A DNA stretch of 64,000 nucleotides, taken from the NCBI GenBank assembly GCA_050185825.1, contig JBFWZA010000013.1, positions 76,445 through 140,444 of the forward strand, in the 5' to 3' direction. The position numbers and the translations under genes were made by a program. Position 1 is the stretch's first letter. Every line of letters begins with the position of its first letter. Source of the DNA: Pseudomonadales bacterium. Its GTDB lineage: Bacteria; Pseudomonadota; Gammaproteobacteria; Pseudomonadales; Azotimanducaceae. Positions 19,176 to 28,162 of this stretch are shown here, one piece after another. The notes under the pieces are model-generated. The model ran no database searches. It was not told the DNA's origin and was given only the letters and a program-made list of their open reading frames with translations.

Positions 19176-19241
19176 TGAGCGCGTAGGCGCGCTAGCAGGA
19201 CTAGCGCGTAGGCGCGCTAGCAAGACTAGCGCGTGGGCGCC
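19168..19241. repeat. about 3 tandem copies of a 25-bp hairpin unit (REP-like)
   Basis: The unit is CTAGCGCGTAGGCGCGCTAGCA(A/G)GA. Each unit folds as an 8-bp stem (CTAGCGCG/CGCGCTAG) with a TAGG loop. The first copy contains the amidohydrolase stop codon. Confidence 0.7.
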
Positions 19242-19300
19242 GCCGGCGGTGCCTCTGCCGCTATACTGTGCACTGCACAACAGGCGAGCGATCGGATTTC

Positions 19301-20170
19301 ATGCAGGGCCCAACCTCTCACACCTACTATTCTCAGCGGCTGCGGCTGCACTACGTGGACTGGGGCAACGAGGACGCGCCGCCCATGCTGCTGGTACACG
19401 GCGGCCGCGACCACTGCCGCAACTGGGACTGGGTGGCCGAGGCGCTCCGCGACGACTACCACATCATCGCGCCGGACCTGCGTGGCCATGGGGACTCCCA
19501 GTGGATGGTCGGCGGCAGCTACAACCAGATCGACTATGTCTACGACATCGCCCAGCTGCTGTTCCAGAAGAAGATGACGCCGGTGACCATCATCAGCCAC
19601 TCCCTGGGCGGCTCCATTTCCCTGACCTACGCGGGGCTCTACCCGGAGACGGTGCAGAAGCTGGTGGCTATCGAAGGCATGGGGCCGTCACCCGAGATGA
19701 TCAGGCAGCGTATCGACATACCCACCGTCGACCGCCTGCAGGCCTGGGTGAACGACCTGCGCGCCGCATCCGGTCGCATTCCCCGCCGCTACGCGAGCCT
19801 CGAGGACGCCTACGAAAGGATGCAGACCGAAAACCCGCACCTCACAGAAGCCCAGGCGCGCCACCTGACCATCCACGGCAGCAACCAGAACGAAGACGGC
19901 ACCTACAGCTGGAAATTCGACAACTACGTGCGCGCCTTCTCACCCATCGGCCTGCCCTTCGAGGCGCAGCACACGCTCTGGTCCCGGATCACCTGCCCGA
20001 CGCTTCTGGTGCGCGGCACGGAATCCTGGGCGTCCGATCCGGAGCAGGACGGCCGCGCCGCCCACTTTCAGAACGCGACCGTGGCGAACATCGCCAACGC
20101 CGGTCACTGGGTGCACCACGACCAGCTCGACGAGTTCCTCGCCCTGGTCCGCGGCTTTCTCGCCGACTGA
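19301..20170 (+). CDS. alpha/beta hydrolase fold protein
   Basis: ORF 19268..20170 trimmed to ATG 19301. Motifs LLVHGGRDHCRNW, nucleophile elbow SHSLGG, and a distal His in NAGHWVHHD. Confidence 0.8.
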   Translation: MQGPTSHTYYSQRLRLHYVDWGNEDAPPMLLVHGGRDHCRNWDWVAEALRDDYHIIAPDLRGHGDSQWMVGGSYNQIDYVYDIAQLLFQKKMTPVTIISHSLGGSISLTYAGLYPETVQKLVAIEGMGPSPEMIRQRIDIPTVDRLQAWVNDLRAASGRIPRRYASLEDAYERMQTENPHLTEAQARHLTIHGSNQNEDGTYSWKFDNYVRAFSPIGLPFEAQHTLWSRITCPTLLVRGTESWASDPEQDGRAAHFQNATVANIANAGHWVHHDQLDEFLALVRGFLAD

Positions 20171-20178
20171 GCGCTTCC

Positions 20179-21258
20179 GTGAGCGAACGGGCCGCACGGC
20201 TGCACGACACGCCCTGGCAGGGGGTCTTCTACCTGGCCGGCGGCGGCACCGCCCTGGTGAGCGAGCTCCTGACCACGCCGGGCGCTTCGCGAACGGTGCT
20301 GGACGTCCGCATTCCCTATGCCGGGGCCGCCATGGCCGAGCTCCTCGGCGGCGTGCCCGACCAGGCCTGTTCCGAGGCCACCGCCCGGGCCATGGCCATG
20401 AGCGCCTTTCTGAAAGCCCGGCAGCTCGGCGCTTCCCTGCCGTTCGGTTTCGCCTGCACCGCCAGCCTGGCCACGGACCGAGCCAAGAAAGGGGAACACC
20501 GCGCGCATGCAGCCATCCAGACCCTGGATGGCACGTGGACGGCTTTCTGGACCTTCGAGGGTGACCGGGCCGCCGAGGAGGCCGCCCTGGCTGAGGCGCT
20601 GTGGGCGAAGCTCGGCCGCGTGCTGGCGCTCGACGGCGTGACCGGCGAGGTGAGCGTGGTGCACACGGCGGGCAGGCCGGCCTGGCAGTCCCTGCTGCTC
20701 GGCGACGAGCTGGCCGTGCCCACGACCGCACACGCCGGCGACCTGCTGCTGCCGGGGGCCTTCAACCCGCTGCACGCGGGCCATCGCGAGATGCTGCGCA
20801 TCGCCGAATCGGTGACCGGCAGGACCGGAGCCTATGAGCTGTCCGTGGCGAACGTGGACAAGCCCTTTCTCGACTATCGCGAGATCGAGCAGCGCCTGAC
20901 GCAGTTCGACCGACCCGTCTGGCTGACAAGACTTCCCACGTTCATCGAGAAGGCGAGACGGTTCCGGGACGCCACCTTCGCCGTCGGCCTGGATACGCTG
21001 TTGCGCATCGCCGACCCCCGCTACTACGGCAGCGAGGCACTGCGGGATGTGGCCCTCGAAGAGCTCGCCGAGTACGGTGCGCACTACCTGGTGTTCGGCC
21101 GGGAGATACACGGCGTCTTCCGGGTGCTCGACGACGTGATCGACGGGCTGCCTGCCCGGCTCGCAGCGCTCACCAGCGGCGTCAGCGAGCGCGACTTCCG
21201 GAGTTCCGAGTCCTCCACGCGCCTGCGCCGGCCGCCGCGGCCCGACGCCCCGTCCTGA
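20179..21258 (+). CDS. CinA-C-like domain fused to an NMNAT/NadD-type nucleotidyltransferase domain
   Basis: The tail of track ORF 19249..21258, starting at GTG 20179, which is 9 nt after the hydrolase stop. The N-terminal half resembles CinA/PncC (LAGGGTALVSELLTTPGASRTVLDVRIPY). The C-terminal half has the HxGH motif (GAFNPLHAGH) and an ISSTxxR-like SSTRLR motif. Confidence 0.6.
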   Translation: MSERAARLHDTPWQGVFYLAGGGTALVSELLTTPGASRTVLDVRIPYAGAAMAELLGGVPDQACSEATARAMAMSAFLKARQLGASLPFGFACTASLATDRAKKGEHRAHAAIQTLDGTWTAFWTFEGDRAAEEAALAEALWAKLGRVLALDGVTGEVSVVHTAGRPAWQSLLLGDELAVPTTAHAGDLLLPGAFNPLHAGHREMLRIAESVTGRTGAYELSVANVDKPFLDYREIEQRLTQFDRPVWLTRLPTFIEKARRFRDATFAVGLDTLLRIADPRYYGSEALRDVALEELAEYGAHYLVFGREIHGVFRVLDDVIDGLPARLAALTSGVSERDFRSSESSTRLRRPPRPDAPS

Positions 21259-21264
21259 CCCGCG

Positions 21265-22149
21265 TCACTCCAGATCCTCGAGACGCTTCGGCCAGTTGTC
21301 CTTCAGCAGGCGGGACAGGGAGCGGTCCGCGAGCAGCCGGCCGCCGGTCTGGCAGCGGGCACAGTAGTTGGCCTCGTTCTCCGCATAGACGATGCGCTGC
21401 ACCGGCGCACCGCACACCGGGCAGGGCGACCTGTACTTGCCGTGCACCGCCATCTCCTTGTGAAAGGCCGTCACCTTCTTCGGCCAGGCGCTCCCCGCTT
21501 CGTCCTTGAGCCTCGCCGTCCACTCCGTGAGCACGTCCCGACATGCCGCATAGAGCGCGTCCAGCTCGGTATCGGTGAGGTTGGATGGCCGCTTGAAGGG
21601 TGAGAGCCGGGCGCGCAGCAGGATCTCGTCCGAGTAGGCATTGCCGATGCCGGCAAACACATGCTGATCGGTGAGCGCCCGCTTCAGCGTGTGGTTGGAT
21701 CGTTCGAGCTGCGCGGCGAAGGTCGCCCGGTCGACGTCGAGCACCTCCAGCCCGCCCGGGTCCAGGGCCATCAGGTCGACCCGACCCTGCACGAGCTTCA
21801 GCGACGCCCGCTTCTTCTTGCTCGCCTCGGTGAACAGGATGCTGCCGGATTCGAAGTCGAAGGCCGCGAGCCCATTTCGTTTCGGGATCGGCGCGCCCGG
21901 TTCCGACCACTGCAGACGCCCGGCGATCATCAGGTGGATGACGAGGTAGAAGTCATCCTCCAGGCAGAGCACGAGCTGTTTGGCCAGCCGTCTCGTGCCG
22001 GTGAGCCGGAGGCCGGCGACCTCCTCCACCGTCGGCGACACCGTGCGCAGCACGAAGGGGCTGGCGAGCCGGATGCCGGTGAGCCGCTCGCCGGCCACCC
22101 GTGCGTCGATGTGCTCCAGGTAGACGGTGAGGTCCGGCAGCTCCGGCAT
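21265..22149 (-). CDS. Fpg/Nei family DNA glycosylase
   Basis: The 294-aa tail of track ORF 21265..23031, starting at ATG 22149 (MPELPDL, with catalytic Pro2/Glu3). H2TH region (LTDQHVFAGIGNAYSDEILL) and a C-terminal zinc finger CPVCG...CARCQ. Confidence 0.85.
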   Translation of the reverse strand: MPELPDLTVYLEHIDARVAGERLTGIRLASPFVLRTVSPTVEEVAGLRLTGTRRLAKQLVLCLEDDFYLVIHLMIAGRLQWSEPGAPIPKRNGLAAFDFESGSILFTEASKKKRASLKLVQGRVDLMALDPGGLEVLDVDRATFAAQLERSNHTLKRALTDQHVFAGIGNAYSDEILLRARLSPFKRPSNLTDTELDALYAACRDVLTEWTARLKDEAGSAWPKKVTAFHKEMAVHGKYRSPCPVCGAPVQRIVYAENEANYCARCQTGGRLLADRSLSRLLKDNWPKRLEDLE

Positions 22150-22151
22150 GA

Positions 22152-23711
22152 TCAGGCCGTGCTGGGGCGCAGATCGTCCATGGCGACGATGGTCTTCCAG
22201 CGCCCGCGCTGGAACCGCCAGATCAGCATGCTTGCCTTGACCAGGTAGTCGCCCACCAGGGCAGCGTACACCCAGACCACCGGCAGCCCCATCCAGGTGG
22301 CCAGCGCCGCCAGGCCACAGCGCATGCCGATGAGGCTGAACATGGTGGCGAGCAGCGGAAACCGCGTGTCGCCGGCGCCGCGCAGGCTGCCGCCGATGGA
22401 GAAGTCCACGGCGAGCAGCGGCATCATGGCGCCGAGCAGGTAGATGAACTCCACCGTCCGCTGCACCGTGATCGGATCGTCGCCGATGAAGAACAGGGTC
22501 AGCGGCCGGGCGTAGTACATGATCAGGCCACCGAGACCGCCCATGGCCACCATGGCGAGCCACATGGATCGCCAGCCGCTCTTCGCCGCGCCGTCGTGAT
22601 CGCCGGCACCGAGGTGCTGGCCGACCAGGGTCGAGCCGGCGATGGAGAAACCAAAGCCCACCGTCATGCAGATCTGCAGCACGTTGACGCCGATGTTGTA
22701 GGCCGCGAAGGCCTCCGTGCCGTAGAAGTTGCCGATCAGCATGAGAAAGGCGAAGAAGCCGAGCTGAAACACCCCCTGCTCCACCGCCGCCGGGTAGCCG
22801 ATGTCCAGCAGCCGCTTGAGCCGGACCTTCCGCCACCAGCCGCCGGCCACGTGCTTTACCCGGAACTTCTGCTTCACCCACAGCACGACGAGCACGAACG
22901 CACCGACCGTGAAGGACAGCCCTGCGGCCACCGCCGCGCCGGCAACCCCCATGGCAGGGGCACCGAAGGCGCCGAACACGAACACGTACAGCAGCGGAAT
23001 GTTGATCACGTTGACGCCACCGCTGATCCACAGCGGCGACCAGGCGTCGCCGGAGGCACGCAGCGCGGCGCTGAGAATGAAGTTCACGGCGAACGCGAGA
23101 TTGAACACGGACAGCCAGCGGATGTTGTCGGAGGCCATCTCCAGGGTGTGCGGATCCAGCCCGAAAACGCCCGCCACCGCCGGCGCAAACAGCAGGCCCA
23201 GCACGGTCACCGCCAGCGCCAGCATGCCGGCCAGTGCCAGGGAGGCCATGGTCACCCGGCTCGCTTCCCGGTAGTCCCCGGCACCCCAGGCCCTGGCCAC
23301 CAGCGCCGTGGTACCCGCGCTGACGGCCATCAGCACCGCCTGCATGGCGAAGAACACCCGCTGACCCGCGCCCACCGCCGCCAGCGCCTGGGAGCCGAGC
23401 TCGCCGATGAACTTGGTCTGCACCATGCCCACCAGGGTGAACGACAGATTGCCGAGGATGGACGGGAAAGCGAGCTGCCAGATGCCCGGCCGTTCCGCGG
23501 GGTGATGACTGCCGCCCCTCTCCGTACCGTCCGCACGCTCCGCTCGGAGCGCACGGTCGGCCCGATCCGCCTCTGCCTCCACCTCGTCCCGGCGGCTCGG
23601 CAGCGGGTTGAAACCGTCATCGCGTCCGTCCGCTGTGTCCGCTGCCGGCGGACGCGAGTCGGGATCCGTCGTGCCCGGTCGGCTACGGTCTGAGTCGGAT
23701 TTGTCGGTCAC
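22152..23711 (-). CDS. MATE family efflux transporter with a long charged N-terminal tail
   Basis: 519-aa ORF with about 12 TM helices and a MATE pattern. The first roughly 80 residues are Asp/Arg-rich and non-hydrophobic. The stop lies 2 nt before the glycosylase start. Confidence 0.8.
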   Translation of the reverse strand: MTDKSDSDRSRPGTTDPDSRPPAADTADGRDDGFNPLPSRRDEVEAEADRADRALRAERADGTERGGSHHPAERPGIWQLAFPSILGNLSFTLVGMVQTKFIGELGSQALAAVGAGQRVFFAMQAVLMAVSAGTTALVARAWGAGDYREASRVTMASLALAGMLALAVTVLGLLFAPAVAGVFGLDPHTLEMASDNIRWLSVFNLAFAVNFILSAALRASGDAWSPLWISGGVNVINIPLLYVFVFGAFGAPAMGVAGAAVAAGLSFTVGAFVLVVLWVKQKFRVKHVAGGWWRKVRLKRLLDIGYPAAVEQGVFQLGFFAFLMLIGNFYGTEAFAAYNIGVNVLQICMTVGFGFSIAGSTLVGQHLGAGDHDGAAKSGWRSMWLAMVAMGGLGGLIMYYARPLTLFFIGDDPITVQRTVEFIYLLGAMMPLLAVDFSIGGSLRGAGDTRFPLLATMFSLIGMRCGLAALATWMGLPVVWVYAALVGDYLVKASMLIWRFQRGRWKTIVAMDDLRPSTA

Positions 23712-23833
23712 CTTGGTGCGCTACCCCATGCCCGCTGCTAGTATTCCCCGCTCTCCGGCGTGGCGCGTCCGCTCACATAGAGCATCGTCGTCCGCTTTGA
23801 AGTCCAGTCTGTCATAGCCAGAGGGGGGCGCTG

Positions 23834-24634
23834 ATGACGACCTACACCGATATCGCCGTGACCAGTGACGCCCACGTGACGACCGTGGAGATACGGCGGC
23901 CGCCCGCAAACTTCTTCGATCACAGCCTGATCCGGCAGATTGCGGATGCGTTCGATGCAGCGGACGAGGACCCGGACTGCCGCGCCATCGTGCTGGCGTC
24001 GCAAGGCAAACATTTCTGCGCCGGGGCGAATTTCGGCTCAGGGAAGGACGACGATTCCGGGAGCGGCGATTTTACCGAGGAAGGCTTCAGGAACACCACC
24101 GGAATTCTGTATCGGGAGGCCGCGCGCTTGTTCGCGAACCGCACTCCCGTGATTGGCGCGATTCAGGGCGCCGCCATCGGCGGTGGTCTGGGGCTCGCCA
24201 TGGTGCCGGACTTCCGAGTGGCCACGGCCGACGCCCGTTTCGCGGCCAACTTCGTCAAGCTCGGCATCCATCAGGGCTTCGGGCTGTCCGTGACGCTGCC
24301 GCGGCTCGTCGGCGAGCAGCAGGCGGCGCTGATGCTGCTCACGGGGCGCCGTGTGACCGGTGAGGAAGCGCTCGCCATGGGTCTGGTGGATCTGCTGGTC
24401 GCACCGGAGGCGCTGCGCACCGCCGCCACCCGACTCGCCCGGGAAGTGGCGGAGAACGCCCCACTGGCAGTGGCGTCCGTGCGCGCGACGCTGCGCGCCG
24501 GTCTCGCGGAAGCCGTGGCGAAAGCCACCGAGCACGAGCTCGCCGAGCAGCAGCGGCTGCGGGCCACGGAAGATGCGGCGGAAGGTATCCGCGCCGTGGC
24601 GGAACGCCGGCCCGGAAATTTCAAGGCTCGCTGA
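23834..24634 (+). CDS. enoyl-CoA hydratase/isomerase family protein
   Basis: 266-aa ORF with SD GAGGGGGG upstream. Motifs QGKHFCAGANFG and GAAIGGGLGLAMVPD. Confidence 0.85.
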   Translation: MTTYTDIAVTSDAHVTTVEIRRPPANFFDHSLIRQIADAFDAADEDPDCRAIVLASQGKHFCAGANFGSGKDDDSGSGDFTEEGFRNTTGILYREAARLFANRTPVIGAIQGAAIGGGLGLAMVPDFRVATADARFAANFVKLGIHQGFGLSVTLPRLVGEQQAALMLLTGRRVTGEEALAMGLVDLLVAPEALRTAATRLAREVAENAPLAVASVRATLRAGLAEAVAKATEHELAEQQRLRATEDAAEGIRAVAERRPGNFKAR

Positions 24635-24685
24635 ACGCGAGCCTCGCAACACGAACTTCATTCACGAACGGAAAGGGAGACAGCC

Positions 24686-25564
24686 ATGGATACGGGCAGG
24701 CTTGGGGTCTGGTACTTCTTCGAGGCGCTGCCGGCAGCGGCGGCTGCCGAGGCGGCACAACGGATCGAGTCGCTGGGCTACGGCACGCTGTGGATACCGG
24801 AAACCGTGGGTCGTCACCCGTTCGTGCACGCGAGCTGGCTGCTGGCCAATACCGGCAAGCTCAACGTCGCCACCGGCATCGCCAACATCTATCACCGTGA
24901 GCCCGGGGTGACCCTCGCCGGTCAGAACGCGCTCAACGAGCAGTCGAACGGCCGCTTTCTGCTGGGTCTCGGCGTGTCGCACAAGCCGCTGGTGGAAGGC
25001 GTGCGCGGGCTGGACTACGGCCCGCCGGTGGCCACCATGAAAAAGTACCTGGCCGGCATGGCCAGCGCGCCGTATCAGGGCATCCCGCCGGCCGAGAAGC
25101 CGAAGACGGTGATCGCCGCGCTCGGCCCGAAGATGCTGGAGCTCGCCCGCGAGGCCACCGACGGCGCCCACCCCTACTTCGTCTCCCCGGATCACACGGC
25201 CATGGCCCGGGAAATCCTCGGACCGGACAAGCTCCTGTGCGTGGAGCAGAAGATCATCCTGGAAAAAGACCCGGCCAAAGCCCGGGCGCTGGCGAGACCG
25301 GTGGCCTCCATCTACACCGGCCTGCCCAACTACCGGAACAACTGGCTGCGCATGGGTCTCACGGAGGCCGACTTCGAGAACGGCGGCAGCGACCGCTTCA
25401 TCGACGCCACCTTCGCGTGGGGGGACCTGAAAGCCATCCAGGCCCGCATCCAGGCGCACTTCGATGCCGGCGCCACCCACGTCTGCGTGCAGCCGGTGAA
25501 TCCCAACGGCCAGTTCGGCGACCTGCACTGGGAAGTGCTGGAAGCGCTGGCCGAGAACGCATGA
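24686..25564 (+). CDS. LLM-class (luciferase-like) oxidoreductase, resembles the F420-dependent TIGR03620 group
   Basis: 292-aa ORF with SD AAGGGAGA upstream. The N-terminus (GVWYFFEALPAAAAAEAAQRIESLGYGTLWIPE) and LGLGVSH are typical of this LLM subgroup. The subgroup assignment is from memory. Confidence 0.7.
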   Translation: MDTGRLGVWYFFEALPAAAAAEAAQRIESLGYGTLWIPETVGRHPFVHASWLLANTGKLNVATGIANIYHREPGVTLAGQNALNEQSNGRFLLGLGVSHKPLVEGVRGLDYGPPVATMKKYLAGMASAPYQGIPPAEKPKTVIAALGPKMLELAREATDGAHPYFVSPDHTAMAREILGPDKLLCVEQKIILEKDPAKARALARPVASIYTGLPNYRNNWLRMGLTEADFENGGSDRFIDATFAWGDLKAIQARIQAHFDAGATHVCVQPVNPNGQFGDLHWEVLEALAENA

Positions 25565-25580
25565 CCGGCGGGGGCCATCG

Positions 25581-26261
25581 ATGAGCGAGTTCGACGGCAA
25601 GGTCGTGGTGGTCACCGGCGCCGCCGGGGCGCTGGGCAGCGCCGTGGTCTCCTGGTTCGCGGACCAGGGTGGGCGCATCGCGCAGCTCGACGTCGTCGAG
25701 CTCGACAACGGCCACTACAGCGCCACGCCGGATCTCACGGACGCGGAAGCCTGCCGCGCCGCAATCAGGGCGATCTGCAAAGAGCTCGGCCCCATCCACG
25801 TGCTCGCCAACATCGCCGGCGGCTTCGCCATGGGCGAAACGGTCCACGAGACGAAGGCGGCAACCTGGGACTTTCTCATGGGGCTCAACGCCCACACCGT
25901 GCTCAACATGGCCAGGGCCGTGGTTCCCCTCATGCTGGAACACGGCGGCGGAAAGATCGTCAACGTCGGCGCCGGGCCGGGCCAGCGCGGGGTCGGGCAG
26001 ATGGGCGCCTACAGCGCCTCGAAGAGCGTGGTGATCCGGCTCACGGAGGCGATGGCGGACGAGCTGAAGGAGAAGGGCATCAACGTCAACTGCGTGCTGC
26101 CCTCCATCATCGATACCGAGCGCAACCGGGCCGACATGCCGGATGCGGACTTCTCGCGCTGGGTGACCCCCGAGGCCATGGCGCGGGTCATCGGCTTTCT
26201 CGCCTCGGAGGCGGCCTCACCCATCCACGGTGCCGCCCTGCCGGTGACCGGCCTGAGCTGA
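25581..26261 (+). CDS. SDR family oxidoreductase
   Basis: Motifs TGAAGALGSAV (TGxxxGxG), NIAGG, and the catalytic YSASK. Confidence 0.85.
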   Translation: MSEFDGKVVVVTGAAGALGSAVVSWFADQGGRIAQLDVVELDNGHYSATPDLTDAEACRAAIRAICKELGPIHVLANIAGGFAMGETVHETKAATWDFLMGLNAHTVLNMARAVVPLMLEHGGGKIVNVGAGPGQRGVGQMGAYSASKSVVIRLTEAMADELKEKGINVNCVLPSIIDTERNRADMPDADFSRWVTPEAMARVIGFLASEAASPIHGAALPVTGLS

Positions 26262-26290
26262 TCGGCTCTCCGGCGAGGCGCGCCGTGGCC

Positions 26291-26776
26291 TCAGGCCTGC
26301 GCTTCGAACCGCCCGTAGCCGCCGCGGAAGAAGAGCAGCGGCAATCCCTGACGCACCACCTCGAGCCGCTTCACCCGGCCCACGGCGATGGTGTGGTCGC
26401 CCGCATCGTGCTCCATCTCGAGCGTGCAGTCCGCGTAAGCGAGAATGCCCTCGAGCACCGGAGATCCGGTCTCACCCGGATGCCAGGCGAACTCGGCGAA
26501 CTTGTCGCCGCCGGAGCGGGCGAACGCATCGCAGATGCTGCGCTGGTCCGAGGCCAGCATGTTGATGCAGAAGCTGCCGGAGTCACGGATCTTCGGCCAG
26601 CTGGTGCTGGTCTTGGCCGGACACAACGCCACGAGGGGCGGGTCCAGCGACAGGGAGACGAACGACTGGGCGGCAAAGCCGTGCGGCGTCCCGTCAAGGC
26701 ACCCGGTTGCCACCACCACCCCGGTGCAGAACTGCCCCATGGTTTGCCGGAAGACCTGGGGGTCGATATCGGCCAT
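26291..26776 (-). CDS. flavin reductase family protein
   Basis: ORF 26291..26926 trimmed to ATG 26776 (MADIDPQVFRQTMGQFCTGVVVAT). Flavin_Reduct pattern SFVSLSLDPPLV. Confidence 0.8.
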   Translation of the reverse strand: MADIDPQVFRQTMGQFCTGVVVATGCLDGTPHGFAAQSFVSLSLDPPLVALCPAKTSTSWPKIRDSGSFCINMLASDQRSICDAFARSGGDKFAEFAWHPGETGSPVLEGILAYADCTLEMEHDAGDHTIAVGRVKRLEVVRQGLPLLFFRGGYGRFEAQA

Positions 26777-26863
26777 GTGTCGTCGTCCTGTAAGAAAACG
26801 GATGACTATACGCAGCACCCCGCCCCCGACCAACCCGTCGTCATATCCGGGAAACCGGTCACA

Positions 26864-26892
26864 CTGACCCTCACGGTCCTTTGCATTAGAAT
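26864..26892 (+). promoter_or_regulatory. candidate sigma70 promoter for the ACAD gene
   Basis: CTGACC, a 17-nt spacer, then TAGAAT, about 35 nt upstream of ATG 26928. Supported by sequence match only. Confidence 0.3.
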
Positions 26893-26927
26893 CCGCCCCT
26901 GAAAAACGCCGCGCGAAGGGAAGCACG

Positions 26928-28121
26928 ATGTCCGATCTGGCCAGATTTCAGCAGCAGACCCGGGACTGGCTGGAGGCCAACTGCCCCCCTTCCATGCGCA
27001 CGCCCATGCCCGAGGAGGAAACCGTGTGGGGCGGGCGCGGTGAGACGTTCGTCAATCCGGACTCGAAGGTGTGGCTCGAGCGGATGGCCGAACGGGGCTG
27101 GACCTGCCCCACCTGGCCGACGGAGTACGGCGGCGGCGGCCTGAATGCGGACGAGGCCCGTATTCTCGAAGCGGAGCTGCGCCGCATTCACGCCCGGCCG
27201 GCACTGTCCAGCTTCGGTATCTGGATGCTCGGACCGGCGCTGCTCGAGTTCGCGACCCACGAGCAGAAGCTCGCCTACCTGCCACCCATCTGCCGCGGTG
27301 AGATCCGCTGGTGCCAGGGGTATTCCGAGCCGGGATACGGCTCCGACCTGGCCGGCCTGCAGACCAAGGCGGAGGACAAGGGTGACTACTACCTGGTGAA
27401 CGGCTCCAAGATCTGGACGTCCTACGCCGATCACGCCGACTGGATCTTCTGTCTGGTGCGCACCGACACCCGCGCGCCCAAGCACGAAGGGATCAGCTTC
27501 CTGCTCTTCGACATGGCATCAGACGGGGTGAGCACCTCACCCATCCGCCTGATCAGCGGCGCCTCCCCCTTCTGCCAGACGTTCTTCGACAACGTGAAGG
27601 TGCCGAAGGATCAGCTGGTCGGCGAGCTGAACAAGGGCTGGACCATCGCCAAGCGTCTGCTGCAGCACGAGCGGCAGATGATTTCCGGCATCGGCGGCAA
27701 CTCCGCCTTCGGCGGTTCCGGCCGGAACCTGGAAGACGTGGCACGTCACTACCTCGGCAGCGACGGCGGACGCATCGCGGAACCGGCGCTGCGTGAGCAG
27801 GTCGCCAGCCACCGCATGAACGACCGGGCCTTTCAGTTCACGCTGCAGCGTGCCGGCGAGGAGGCGAAGAGCGGCCGCGCCGACGGCAACCTGGCCAGCA
27901 TCTTCAAGTACTACGGCACCGAGCAGAACAAGCGCAAGTACGAGCTGCTGCTCGACATCATGGGCACGCAGAGCCTCGGCTGGGACGGCACCGGTTTCGA
28001 GGAGCGGGAGCTCGGCACCACCCGTCAGTGGCTGCGCTCCAAGGCCAATTCCATCGAGGGCGGCACCAGCGAGGTGCAGCTCAACGTGATCGCCAAACGG
28101 GTGCTCGGCCTGCCAGACTGA
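26928..28121 (+). CDS. acyl-CoA dehydrogenase family protein
   Basis: 397-aa ORF with RWCQGYSEPGYGSDLAGL, GSKIWTS and GGTSEVQLNVIAK. Paralogue of the window-edge ACAD. Confidence 0.9.
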   Translation: MSDLARFQQQTRDWLEANCPPSMRTPMPEEETVWGGRGETFVNPDSKVWLERMAERGWTCPTWPTEYGGGGLNADEARILEAELRRIHARPALSSFGIWMLGPALLEFATHEQKLAYLPPICRGEIRWCQGYSEPGYGSDLAGLQTKAEDKGDYYLVNGSKIWTSYADHADWIFCLVRTDTRAPKHEGISFLLFDMASDGVSTSPIRLISGASPFCQTFFDNVKVPKDQLVGELNKGWTIAKRLLQHERQMISGIGGNSAFGGSGRNLEDVARHYLGSDGGRIAEPALREQVASHRMNDRAFQFTLQRAGEEAKSGRADGNLASIFKYYGTEQNKRKYELLLDIMGTQSLGWDGTGFEERELGTTRQWLRSKANSIEGGTSEVQLNVIAKRVLGLPD

Positions 28122-28162
28122 GTGCACAGCACCGCAGAGACTCAAGGAGAGGAAGCACAGCC

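Noticed and set aside
19168-19241. Possible CRISPR array.
   Set aside because: The 25-bp units are directly adjacent with no spacers, there are only about 3 copies, and there are no cas genes. I treated it as a REP-like tandem hairpin instead.
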